From NCBI GenBank assembly GCA_046318155.1, contig JBKCUU010000108.1, positions 1-46,287 of the forward strand: a DNA stretch of 46,287 bases, in the 5' to 3' direction. The notes under the pieces were generated by a model that was not told where the DNA came from, did not search any database, and saw only the letters and a list, made by a program, of their open reading frames with translations. The stretch's first letter is position 1. Every line of letters begins with the position of its first letter. This document shows positions 37,534 through 46,287 of the stretch, in pieces. The position numbers were made by a program, and so were the translations under genes. This DNA is from Bdellovibrio sp. (GTDB lineage Bacteria > Bdellovibrionota > Bdellovibrionia > Bdellovibrionales > Bdellovibrionaceae).

Positions 37534-37746
37534 TCAATACGGACAGTGCCGGCAACCCGACCCGCAGCACTTACCCTTTTTGAGCAAGGCCACTTCCGTG
37601 AAGACTTGGTAGCCTGTTTTGGGGTCAATGTAAAAGTCTTTGCCCTGCTTAAGAGCATCAAGGTGAGCAAAAAACCAACGGGGGACTTTCTCCCCCGTTG
37701 ATATGTCAGCACTTTTAGAATCTTTAGGATCTTTAGGCTCTGTCAC
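37534..37746 (-). CDS. small Cys-rich protein (DUF5522-like)
   Basis: YIDPKTGYQVFTEVALLKKGKCCGSGCRHCPY C-terminus. Confidence 0.8.
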   Translation of the reverse strand: MTEPKDPKDSKSADISTGEKVPRWFFAHLDALKQGKDFYIDPKTGYQVFTEVALLKKGKCCGSGCRHCPY

Positions 37747-37764
37747 ACTTTGCCAAATGTTAGG

Positions 37765-40700
37765 TTATTGCATGTCGGCTAAGTTGACCGACACCATTGT
37801 CGAAACACCGCGTTCTTGCATGGTCACGCCGTACAATTTTTTGGCGATGTCCATGGTGTGCTTGTTGTGCGTCACGACGATGATCTGCGAGCGTTTTGCC
37901 ATCTCACGAACCAAGTCGTTGAAACGGTAAACGTTGGCGTCATCCAAAGGCGCGTCAACCTCATCAAGCAAGCAATAAGGCGAAGGCTTCACCAAGAAGA
38001 TTGAGAACACCAATGCGACGGCCGTGAGGGCTTTTTCGCCACCCGACAAGAGCGAGATGTTCTGCATTTTTTTGCCAGGAGGCTTGGCTACGATGTCGAT
38101 ACCCATCTCCCCACGCTCAGGATCTTCAAAGATATCCAAACGCGCTTCACCACCGCCAAACAAGACGGGGAACACTTTTGTGAAGCGTTCATTCACGAGA
38201 TCGAATGTTTCTTTAAAACGTTTCGAGCAAATGCGGTTGATGCGGTCGATGACGCGGCGGAGCTGCTCTTTAGCTTCATTCAAATCGGTTTGCTGCTGCA
38301 CCAAGAACTCATAGCGCTTGGCCGTGTCTTCATACTCTTCAATCGCCGAAAGATTAACCTCGCCGATCTTGCCGATTTTTTCGCGCAAATCTTTGAGCTG
38401 GCCTTCAGCCAGAGAAGGATCACCTTCGCGGCCCAAGTGCTGCTCATAAATCTCGGGCAAGTTCAGCATGTAGCGCTCGCGCACCTGATCGATCAGGTAC
38501 TGCTCTTTCATTTTAGCTTGTTCAAATTTGAGCTGAGCCTCGTTCATTTTGTGCTGACGCTCATTGCGTACGCGCTGCAAAATTTGAACTTGTTCTTCGA
38601 TCTCGCGCACTTGAGCGCTGGATTCTTCAAAGTGATTTTTGACGGCGGCGAATTCGGCACGCACATCTTCAAGCTCACGGATATTGCGCTCAAACTCAAC
38701 CTTGCGCTCCTCGAGCAAGATTTGATTGTGGCTCAAAGCCGTGCTGGTTTTTTGCGACTCTTCGCTCATGCGCGAGAGCTCGCCGGTAATCAAATCAACT
38801 TCGCGGCGAACGCGCTCAAGCTCACGATTCAAAGATTGGTACTCTTGATTTTTGCGGGCAGCTTGAACTTGCAAGTCCGTCGCATCACTTTGAAGAGTGT
38901 CAAATCCCAGACGAATGGTTGTCAGTTCAGACTGCAAAGAGCCGGCGCGCCCATCGACGATCGCTTTTTTCTCGCGGGCCTCGAGCAAGGCCGACTCAAG
39001 TTCTTCGGACTTAGTTTCGATGCTGCGGAGCTGATCTCCGACTTTCATCAATTCGCGCTCTTGCTTTTCGGCGGCGTACTGAGCGTTTTGCAACTCAGCT
39101 TCTGCTCGCTCCATGTCTTTGCGCAGTTCATTGACCTTCATCTCTTGTTCAATTTTGCGTTTTTGCGCGCCTTCGAAATCAGAAACAACGGTCTCGAGCT
39201 GCTCTTCCAGTTTTTTGAGTGAAGCCTGCGCGAGCGACAACTTGCCGGCCCACTCTGATTTTTGCTGACTCAGTTCTTTGATTTCGCGGCGGCGTTTCAA
39301 GACGCCAGAATCAGCGCCTTCAGAGGCTCCACCCGTCAAAATGCCATCTGCCGTGAGCGTATCGCCATCCGGTGTAACAAAGGTCCAACCGGGGTACTCG
39401 GGGCGCAGGCGCAAAGCCGTACGAACCGAATCCACAACGGCAACACCGTCCAAGAACGTCTCAACCGCGCTCTGGTATTTTTCTGACGAGCGAACGACGT
39501 GTTTTAAAATCGTCAAGACACCTGAGTCCGCACCGGCCTCAAGCGCAGGGCGAGACAAAGGCACCGAGCCTTCAACCGCAAACGAAGCACGGCCCGATTT
39601 TTGAGTTTTCAAATAATCAACCGCCTCAACGGCGCGGCCGGAGTCTTTGGTCAAAAGCATTTGCAAACGCGAGCCAAGGGCTGCTTCCATTGCCACTTCG
39701 TACTCAGAAGGAACTTCGACAACTTCAGAAACGGGCTGAAAACTGACGCTACCATCAGCTGTGATCTCGGCCTCTTTGGACTTTTGCCAAAGCATGACGG
39801 ATTTAACACCTTCTTCGAAACCTTCAAAGTTGCGAGCCAAGTCTTCAAGACCGTACAAACGGCTGGCGACTTGGTTGAGTCCATCTTTGAACTCTTCAAC
39901 TTCTTCGCGTTTAACAAGGATATTTTCTTGCAAGATTTTTTTATTGGCTTCGAATGAACCCACGTCTGATGACAGATCCATGTGCATTTGGCGTTCGCGG
40001 TCAAAGTCGGTCGTCAAACGTTTGCGGCGCTCTTCGAAATCCACTTTTTTCTCGCGCAATTCACTGAGGACCAAACGCTCATTCTCTTCGCGTTCACGAA
40101 TATCATCCAGTTGCGACGAGAGCGATTGAACTTTGGCATCCAATTGCGATTCGGTTTGGCCCAAAGCAAACAACTCACGACGAGACGTCGTCAGCTCTTC
40201 GTCCACCACGCTGATACGTGAATGGGCTTCTTGATAGGCTTCGTTCTTCTCGGTCGATTCTTGGCTGAGGCGCTCAGATTCAGTTTTTAGGTTTTCGGAT
40301 TGCGCTTCTAAGATTGAAAGTTCTTTGGCCAGAGCCTCGCGGCGGGCCTGTTGAACCTGCAACATCGAACCGGTCATCTCGCCTTTGGTTTTAGCTTGCT
40401 CGATATCAAAACGCAGCTGTTGAATACCCAGTTCGTGTTGTTGAACCAAAGATTGCTTTTCGAACTGTTCGTTTTGCAGCGTTTCGACTTTTTTCTCTTC
40501 TTCAAGCAGAGAAAGTTTTAAAGTCTCGAGTTCGGTCTGCAATCCAGCCAGGCTGCTTTCGCCTTCGATTTCTTCGGATTGAACTTCTTGAAAAATTCGC
40601 TGGCACTCGTCGGCCGCGGTTTTAAGATCGCGAAACTGGAGTGACGACATCCACAGATCAAGTTCTTCAACTTGCATCTTGAGGTTGCGGTAGCGCTCGG

Positions 40701-41343
40701 CGCGCTGAGCTTGGCGCTGAAGACTATCAATCTGGCGTTTGAGCTCCCCGATGATATCTTGCAAACGAACCAAGTTTTGCTCGGTCGCAACCAACTTGCG
40801 CTGAGATTCTTTTTTGCGGGCCTTGAACTTTGTGATACCGGCCGCTTCTTCGATCAATGACTTACGATCTTCAGGCTTTGCAGTGATGATCTTTCCGATC
40901 ATTCCTTGCTGAATGATCGAGAAACCCTTGGAACCCGCACCGGTGTCCATAAAAATTTCTTGCACGTCACGCAGTCGCGACGGCTCTTTGTTGATCAAAT
41001 ACTCGGACTCGCCGTTGCGGTGCAATCGGCGGGTCACCATGATTTCAGAGTGTTTCAAATATTTTGCGGGGAACGGGCCGCCGTCGTTTTCAAGTGTGAG
41101 CGAAACTTCTGCCATCCCTGAGGGTGCATAGCCTTCGGCTCCGGCGAAGATCACGTCCGTCATTGTCGAACCACGAAGGTCCTTCGCTGACATTTCGCCC
41201 ATGACCCAAACAAGGGCATCGACGATGTTCGATTTTCCGCAACCATTGGGTCCGACAACGCCCGTAATCCCGGCGTCGAACTGAATCACCGTGCGGTCTT
41301 TGAACGACTTAAATCCGACAAGTTCGATCTTTTTAATTCTCAA
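37765..41343 (-). CDS. smc: chromosome segregation protein SMC
   Basis: GFKSF, GPNGCGKSN, long coiled coils with hinge, LSGGEK, LLDEVDAPLD. Confidence 0.97.
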   Translation of the reverse strand: MRIKKIELVGFKSFKDRTVIQFDAGITGVVGPNGCGKSNIVDALVWVMGEMSAKDLRGSTMTDVIFAGAEGYAPSGMAEVSLTLENDGGPFPAKYLKHSEIMVTRRLHRNGESEYLINKEPSRLRDVQEIFMDTGAGSKGFSIIQQGMIGKIITAKPEDRKSLIEEAAGITKFKARKKESQRKLVATEQNLVRLQDIIGELKRQIDSLQRQAQRAERYRNLKMQVEELDLWMSSLQFRDLKTAADECQRIFQEVQSEEIEGESSLAGLQTELETLKLSLLEEEKKVETLQNEQFEKQSLVQQHELGIQQLRFDIEQAKTKGEMTGSMLQVQQARREALAKELSILEAQSENLKTESERLSQESTEKNEAYQEAHSRISVVDEELTTSRRELFALGQTESQLDAKVQSLSSQLDDIREREENERLVLSELREKKVDFEERRKRLTTDFDRERQMHMDLSSDVGSFEANKKILQENILVKREEVEEFKDGLNQVASRLYGLEDLARNFEGFEEGVKSVMLWQKSKEAEITADGSVSFQPVSEVVEVPSEYEVAMEAALGSRLQMLLTKDSGRAVEAVDYLKTQKSGRASFAVEGSVPLSRPALEAGADSGVLTILKHVVRSSEKYQSAVETFLDGVAVVDSVRTALRLRPEYPGWTFVTPDGDTLTADGILTGGASEGADSGVLKRRREIKELSQQKSEWAGKLSLAQASLKKLEEQLETVVSDFEGAQKRKIEQEMKVNELRKDMERAEAELQNAQYAAEKQERELMKVGDQLRSIETKSEELESALLEAREKKAIVDGRAGSLQSELTTIRLGFDTLQSDATDLQVQAARKNQEYQSLNRELERVRREVDLITGELSRMSEESQKTSTALSHNQILLEERKVEFERNIRELEDVRAEFAAVKNHFEESSAQVREIEEQVQILQRVRNERQHKMNEAQLKFEQAKMKEQYLIDQVRERYMLNLPEIYEQHLGREGDPSLAEGQLKDLREKIGKIGEVNLSAIEEYEDTAKRYEFLVQQQTDLNEAKEQLRRVIDRINRICSKRFKETFDLVNERFTKVFPVLFGGGEARLDIFEDPERGEMGIDIVAKPPGKKMQNISLLSGGEKALTAVALVFSIFLVKPSPYCLLDEVDAPLDDANVYRFNDLVREMAKRSQIIVVTHNKHTMDIAKKLYGVTMQERGVSTMVSVNLADMQ

Positions 41344-41383
41344 ATGCTCTCCCCCTCAGCATTCCTACCGAGAAATATGGGTG

Positions 41384-44065
41384 TTAGTGTTTGAGCTTGG
41401 TCGCTTGCAGAGCCGCACGGGCCGCTGCTAAGCGAGCAATGGGAACTCGATAAGGAGAGCAACTGACATAGTCGACACCCACCGAGTTAAAAAACTCGAT
41501 CGAGTCCGGGTCGCCTCCATGTTCACCACAAACCCCAGTCTTCAAATCTGGCTTCGTTCTGCGCCCCAAGTCAACACCGGACTTCACCAGGATGCCGACA
41601 CCGCCTTGATCAATGCTCACGAAGGGGTCTTTGGCGAAGATGCCTTGCGAGACGTAACTTCCTAAGAATCTTCCGGAATCATCGCGCGACAGACCCAATG
41701 TGGTTTGCGTCAAATCGTTGGTTCCAAAGCTGAAAAAATCAGCATGTTCGGCGATCTGATCTGCGGTGATGGCGGCGCGTGGCAACTCGATCATGGTGCC
41801 TACTAAGTAATCAAATTTAACGCCCTTTTCGGTCTGCACTCTTTCGACTTCCTGAACCACGAGCGTGCGCAAAGATTCGAGTTCCTTATCGGTCGCGATC
41901 AGCGGGATCATAATTTCGGGATCGAGATGCGTCCCTGATTTGATCAAGTCAGCAGCGGCCTCGGCGATCGCTCGTGTTTGCATGCGGTAAATTTCGGGGA
42001 AGGTAATCGCCAAGCGGCAACCACGATGACCCAGCATCGGATTGAATTCGTGCAAGCTTTGGATTTTGCTGCGGACCGAATTAAAATCCAGGTTCACGCG
42101 TTTGGCGAACTCTTCGATTTCTTTATCCGTGTGAGGAACGAACTCGTGAAGAGGCGGATCCAGCAAACGGATCGTGACGGGATAACCCTTCATTATTTTG
42201 AACAACTCAAAAAAGTCGCTTCGCTGCATCGGCAAAAGTTTGGCGAGCGCGCGTTCTCGGTCCATTTTGTTGTCGGCGATGATCATCTCGCGAACGGCAT
42301 CAATGCGATCCGCACCAAAGAACATGTGCTCCGTTCGGCACAGGCCAATACCTTCAGCGCCAAAGCCCCGCGCGGTTTGTGCGTCTTTGGGGGTATCGGC
42401 GTTCGCGCGCACTTTCATGCGGCGTGATTTGTCGGCAATCGCCATAATGCGATCAAAAGCACCCGAGAGCTCGGGCTCTACGGTTTTGACTTCACCTAAG
42501 AAAACTTCGCCCGTGCCTCCATCAAGCGTGATCACATCACCTTGCTTGAGGACGTAGCCTTTTACCTTCATTGTTTTGGCATTGTAATCGACCGCGACAT
42601 CTCCGCAGCCAGCCACGCAGCACTTACCCATTCCGCGCGCGACCACTGCCGCGTGGGACGTCATTCCTCCACGAGTGGTTAAAATTCCTTGCGAAGCATG
42701 CATCCCCGCGATGTCCTCAGGCGAGGTCTCGATGCGAACGAGGATCACTTTTCTGCCCAGTTCTTTCCACTCAACCGCTTCCTCGCTGGTGAACACGATT
42801 TGGCCATGCACGCCACCGGGGCTGGCAGGAAGACCTTTTGCCAACTGAGTTTTTTCGGCTTTGGGATCAAGCGTGGGATGTAATAACTGATCAAGTGAAG
42901 CAGGATCTAAACGCAAAATCGCTTCTTCGTTGGTGATGAGTTTTTCATCGATCATATCGCAAGCAATTTGCAGCGCCGCTTTGGCCGTGCGTTTGCCATT
43001 ACGAGTTTGCAGCATCCAGAGCTTGTTGCGCTCAATCGTGAACTCGATGTCTTGCATATCGCGGTAGTGCTTTTCGAGTTTCTGATAAATCTCGACCAGG
43101 TTTTGATACGCTTCGGGCATTTTTTGCGAGAGTTCATAAATTGGAACCGGCGTGCGAATCCCTGCAACGACGTCCTCGCCTTGAGCGTTGATCAAGAACT
43201 CCCCGTAAAACTTTTTCTCACCGGTTGAAGGGTCACGCGTAAAGGCCACGCCCGTCGCTGAATCTTCGCCCATGTTGCCAAACACCATCGACTGAATATT
43301 CACAGCCGTACCCCACGTCGCCGGGATGCTGTGGAGCTCACGGTACGTGATCGCTCGAGGAGTCATCCAAGAGTGAAACACGGCCGAGATCGCTCCCCAT
43401 AATTGCTCGTGCGGATCGTTCGGAAAACTTTGTCCCGTTGAGGAGCGCACCAGGTCTTTAAATTTTTTGACCAACACTTTGAGATCATCCACCGTCATCT
43501 CGGTGTCGAGTTTGTATTTCTTCTCGTCCTTAAGGTCTTCAAGTGTCACTTCGAGCATCGAACCATTCATGCCCATGACAACATCCGAGTACATCTGGAT
43601 AAAGCGGCGGTACGAATCCCAAGCAAAACGCGGGTTGCCGCTGGCCTTGGCTAAACCTTCAACGGTTTGATCATTCAGACCCAAATTCAGAATGGTATCC
43701 ATCATCCCGGGCATCGAAGCCCGAGCACCCGAGCGGACCGACACCAATAAGGGGTTCGTGACATCACCGAATTTTTTTTGAATCTTGGTTTCAACGCGTG
43801 CCAACGCTTTGAGCGCTTCGGGCTTCACCCATTCTGGCAATTTGCCGCCCGCTTCGTAGTAGTGAGCGCACACTTCAGTTGAAATTGTAAAACCGGGAGG
43901 AACTGCGATTCCAAGCGCCGTCATTTCGGCGAGGTTAGCGCCCTTACCGCCCAGGACACTTTTCATGCCGGCGTTTCCCTCGGACTCGCCTGCTGCGAAG
44001 AAGTAAACAAACTTATCGGGAATCTGAGCCTTCGCCCCCGTCTTTGCTGCTGTCTGCGTCTGCAT
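41384..44065 (-). CDS. ppdK: pyruvate, phosphate dikinase
   Basis: GGKGANLAEM, SMPGMMDT, GGMTSHAAVVARG, GLCRTEHMF, FSFGTNDLTQ, CGEHGG. AAAGGAG SD before ATG 44065. Confidence 0.97.
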   Translation of the reverse strand: MQTQTAAKTGAKAQIPDKFVYFFAAGESEGNAGMKSVLGGKGANLAEMTALGIAVPPGFTISTEVCAHYYEAGGKLPEWVKPEALKALARVETKIQKKFGDVTNPLLVSVRSGARASMPGMMDTILNLGLNDQTVEGLAKASGNPRFAWDSYRRFIQMYSDVVMGMNGSMLEVTLEDLKDEKKYKLDTEMTVDDLKVLVKKFKDLVRSSTGQSFPNDPHEQLWGAISAVFHSWMTPRAITYRELHSIPATWGTAVNIQSMVFGNMGEDSATGVAFTRDPSTGEKKFYGEFLINAQGEDVVAGIRTPVPIYELSQKMPEAYQNLVEIYQKLEKHYRDMQDIEFTIERNKLWMLQTRNGKRTAKAALQIACDMIDEKLITNEEAILRLDPASLDQLLHPTLDPKAEKTQLAKGLPASPGGVHGQIVFTSEEAVEWKELGRKVILVRIETSPEDIAGMHASQGILTTRGGMTSHAAVVARGMGKCCVAGCGDVAVDYNAKTMKVKGYVLKQGDVITLDGGTGEVFLGEVKTVEPELSGAFDRIMAIADKSRRMKVRANADTPKDAQTARGFGAEGIGLCRTEHMFFGADRIDAVREMIIADNKMDRERALAKLLPMQRSDFFELFKIMKGYPVTIRLLDPPLHEFVPHTDKEIEEFAKRVNLDFNSVRSKIQSLHEFNPMLGHRGCRLAITFPEIYRMQTRAIAEAAADLIKSGTHLDPEIMIPLIATDKELESLRTLVVQEVERVQTEKGVKFDYLVGTMIELPRAAITADQIAEHADFFSFGTNDLTQTTLGLSRDDSGRFLGSYVSQGIFAKDPFVSIDQGGVGILVKSGVDLGRRTKPDLKTGVCGEHGGDPDSIEFFNSVGVDYVSCSPYRVPIARLAAARAALQATKLKH

Positions 44066-44081
44066 GCCAATCTCCTTTGCT

Positions 44082-44156
44082 GGTGCCTGCTTCCCTTTGC
44101 AGAAGCGCTGCGCCACGTGAAGTGGCGCAGTGCTTCTGCAAAGGGAAGCAGGCACC
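44082..44156. repeat. 75-bp inverted repeat (35-bp arms, 5-nt loop)
   Basis: GGTGCCTGCTTCCCTTTGCAGAAGCGCTGCGCCAC-GTGAA-GTGGCGCAGTGCTTCTGCAAAGGGAAGCAGGCACC, 34 of 35 positions complementary. Confidence 0.95.
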
Positions 44157-44162
44157 TGTCGG

Positions 44163-45497
44163 TTACTTGAGTCCGTTTCGGATAAATGTTTCGAGTTGGT
44201 CCATGGGGACCCGATCTTGTTTCATGCTGTCCCGGTGGCGAACCGTGACGGCTTTGTCGTTCTGAGTTTCGAAATCGACCGTGATGCAATAGGGGGTTCC
44301 TATTTCGTCCTGACGGCGGTAGCGCTTGCCGATGGAGCCCGCTTCGTCGTACTGCACGTCCCACTCTTGCGAAAGATCGGCAAAAATTTTGTCGGCGACG
44401 CTTGTGAGTTCTTCTTTTTTTGACAAGGGCAAAATCGCCGCCTTGATCGGTGCAATCGAGGGATGCAAGCCCAAGACGACGCGCACGTCCTCTGCGCCTT
44501 TATCGTCTTTGGTCACTTCTTCGCGGTAGGCATCACACATGAAGGCCAAGAACAATCGATCACAACCAACGGCCGTCTCGATCACGTAAGGAACAAATTT
44601 TTCTTTGTTGGCTTCATCAAAGTACTCGAGCGATTTGCCCGAAAATTTTGTGTGCTGAGAGAGATCAAAGTCTGAACGGTTATGAATGCCTTCGAGCTCG
44701 CTCCAACCCATGGGGAATTTGTACTGCACATCCACCGCCGCTTTGGCGTAGTGGGCAAGCTCGGTAGGACCATGAGGCTCCATGCGCAAGTTCTCGGTGT
44801 TGAAGCCATACTTGACGTAAAAAGCTTGGCGCGCGTCTTTCCACTGGTTGAAGTAGGTTTCGTCCGTGCCGGGCTTGACGAAATATTGCATTTCCATTTG
44901 CTCGAACTCGCGCGTACGGAAAATAAAGTTTCCGGGCGTGATTTCATTGCGAAAAGATTTACCGATCGCCGCAATTCCAAACGGAATTTTATAGCGAGTC
45001 GTTGTTTGACAGTTCAGAAAATTCACGAAGTGGCCTTGCGCCGTCTCAGGACGCAAGTACACAACCGAGCCTGTGTCTTCGACGGGACCCATGTGAGTTT
45101 TGAACATCAGGTTGAACTGGCGAGGTTCGGATAAGTTCTTAGAACCGCAGTTGGGGCATTTTTTGTCTTTGAGATAAGACTCGGTGTTGTCCGAGCGAAA
45201 GCGCGTCTTGCAGTCCTTGCAATCCACGAGCGGATCCGAAAAACCATCCACGTGCCCAGACGCCTTCCACACCGTTGGGTGCATCAAGATCGAAGCGTCG
45301 ATCCCGCAAATTTCTTTTCGGCGAGTCATGGTGGTCCACCATGCTTTTTTCACATTGAGTTTCATGAGCGAGCCTAAAGGACCGTAGTCCCAGCACGACC
45401 CAAGTCCGCCGTAAATCTCGGAGCTTTGAAACACAAAACCCCGACGTTTCGACAATGAAACGAGGGTGGCCAGATCCTTCAGACGGCGAATTTCCAT
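44163..45497 (-). CDS. glyQS: glycine--tRNA ligase (alpha2 homodimeric type)
   Basis: [55 protein letters not shown]. Confidence 0.96.
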   Translation of the reverse strand: MEIRRLKDLATLVSLSKRRGFVFQSSEIYGGLGSCWDYGPLGSLMKLNVKKAWWTTMTRRKEICGIDASILMHPTVWKASGHVDGFSDPLVDCKDCKTRFRSDNTESYLKDKKCPNCGSKNLSEPRQFNLMFKTHMGPVEDTGSVVYLRPETAQGHFVNFLNCQTTTRYKIPFGIAAIGKSFRNEITPGNFIFRTREFEQMEMQYFVKPGTDETYFNQWKDARQAFYVKYGFNTENLRMEPHGPTELAHYAKAAVDVQYKFPMGWSELEGIHNRSDFDLSQHTKFSGKSLEYFDEANKEKFVPYVIETAVGCDRLFLAFMCDAYREEVTKDDKGAEDVRVVLGLHPSIAPIKAAILPLSKKEELTSVADKIFADLSQEWDVQYDEAGSIGKRYRRQDEIGTPYCITVDFETQNDKAVTVRHRDSMKQDRVPMDQLETFIRNGLK

Positions 45498-45779
45498 GCG
45501 GTATGCCCTTTCACAATACGCCCGTTTGGGACTAACATTCAATGCGCGCCTTTGGGGCGAACCTCAGGTGTAATCGAAAAGAGCTAACACTTTCGCGAAA
45601 AATGGGTCAATGAAAACAGCTCTTGCGCAGGCGTGACAAGGACCGTTAAGCTGTTAATATCAGGCATAACTTGCACAGTTATTGAGCCACAGAGGGTTCA
45701 TTCTGTGAGCCGTCAGCTATCTGCCGACGGAGCCCCAAGGTTAGCTGAGTTGTGAGCAACGTCTTTCAGGGAGGAAAAC

Positions 45780-46199
45780 GTGACCAAATCTGGAGTTTTC
45801 GCTCGACTTTTAGTGACTGCTCTTGTGGCCATCGTGATCCCCACTCTGATCATCAGTCTCCCCGGATATTCGCAGAGTGTTGAACACCTCAAAAAAGACG
45901 ATGAAGAAATGCGCCGCAGTATGGTGGTCATTTCTCGGCAATTGGGAGTGAATTGCACCACTTGCCACAACACCAAAAATTTTGCCTCAGCCGAAAAAGT
46001 GGAATTCAGAGTCGCAAAAGACCACATGCGCCTCACGCAAGTTTTGATCGACAACGGCATGGACGGAAAAGACAAACGCCCCAAGGCCGACTGCTTCATG
46101 TGCCACCGCGGAACGCTCAAGCCTGACTACAAAGAGCCCTTCGACCCCATGACCATGGAAAAAGAAAAGATCAAAGTCCCCGCACCGGTAGAAATGTAG
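45780..46199 (+). CDS. small diheme c-type cytochrome, photosynthetic reaction-centre cytochrome (PufC)-like family
   Basis: GGAGG SD, signal/TM segment, M..ISRQLGVNCTTCH..NFAS..K..VA..HM.LT..L and DCFMCHRG. Confidence 0.78.
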   Translation: MTKSGVFARLLVTALVAIVIPTLIISLPGYSQSVEHLKKDDEEMRRSMVVISRQLGVNCTTCHNTKNFASAEKVEFRVAKDHMRLTQVLIDNGMDGKDKRPKADCFMCHRGTLKPDYKEPFDPMTMEKEKIKVPAPVEM

Positions 46200-46270
46200 C
46201 TGCTACAAAGTGTGAATGCGGCGCGGCCCAAAGTGGGGCGGCGCGTTCCGACTGTGTAGCAGCTACATTT
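46192..46270. repeat. 79-bp element with 16-bp terminal inverted repeats (repeat family copies 3 and 4)
   Basis: AAATGTAGCTGCTACA (46192-46207) and TGTAGCAGCTACATTT (46255-46270) are exact reverse complements. Confidence 0.88.
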
Positions 46271-46287
46271 GTTCCTTTTCCGGAGGG

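Noticed and set aside
38290..39222. 310-aa plus-strand ORF and other long antisense ORFs
   Set aside because: Antisense shadows of smc and other conserved genes, with no motifs or RBS.
44066..44265. ppdK N-terminal extension and the opposite-strand ORF with a similar peptide (PASLCRS...FCKGKQAP)
   Set aside because: Artefact of translating through the 75-bp inverted repeat. The real start is 44065 with an SD.
45498..45779. T-box or glycine riboswitch upstream of glyQS
   Set aside because: No T-box consensus or terminator/antiterminator is recognisable; it looks like a divergent promoter region.
7950..46199. Phototrophy suggested by crt genes plus a PufC-like cytochrome
   Set aside because: No pufLM, bch or rhodopsin genes, and the loci are 30 kb apart.
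25110..46270. Palindromic repeats as a CRISPR array
   Set aside because: Copies are dispersed over 21 kb, with no regular spacers and no cas genes.

Overview
A mostly core-chromosome segment. Gene content and order suggest a Bdellovibrionota-like (ex-deltaproteobacterial) Gram-negative bacterium; this is an inference. In order it holds tRNA-Arg(TCG), a lemA-TPM-TPM operon, an RluA-type pseudouridine synthase fused to an RlmI/K-type methyltransferase, queF, trmH, an acyl-CoA dehydrogenase and cinA. A carotenoid cluster (crtE-crtI-crtB ... crtZ, no crtY) is split by an AT-richer ECF-sigma/NrsF + thioredoxin/CcdA/beta-barrel module. Next come a secreted metzincin, nrdJ, iscS-iscA, zapA-ygfA-rny-tyrS-fdx, a five-gene yfa/mag-type alpha-2-macroglobulin operon, GST, smc-DUF5522-ftsY, glyQS-ppdK and a PufC-like diheme cytochrome c. 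Most notable: (1) the A2M keeps a thioester CVEQ motif despite the yfa-type context and is paired with a HEXXH + PBP-motif + SpoIID three-domain protein, and the operon is bracketed by a palindromic repeat family (ATGTAGCWGCTACAT); (2) mirror-image GTAAC-N16-CGAA ECF promoters; (3) four apparently leaderless genes; (4) a highly structured RNA-like element at the usual 6S RNA position that overlaps both flanking CDSs. All product calls come from motif recognition; no database search was run.
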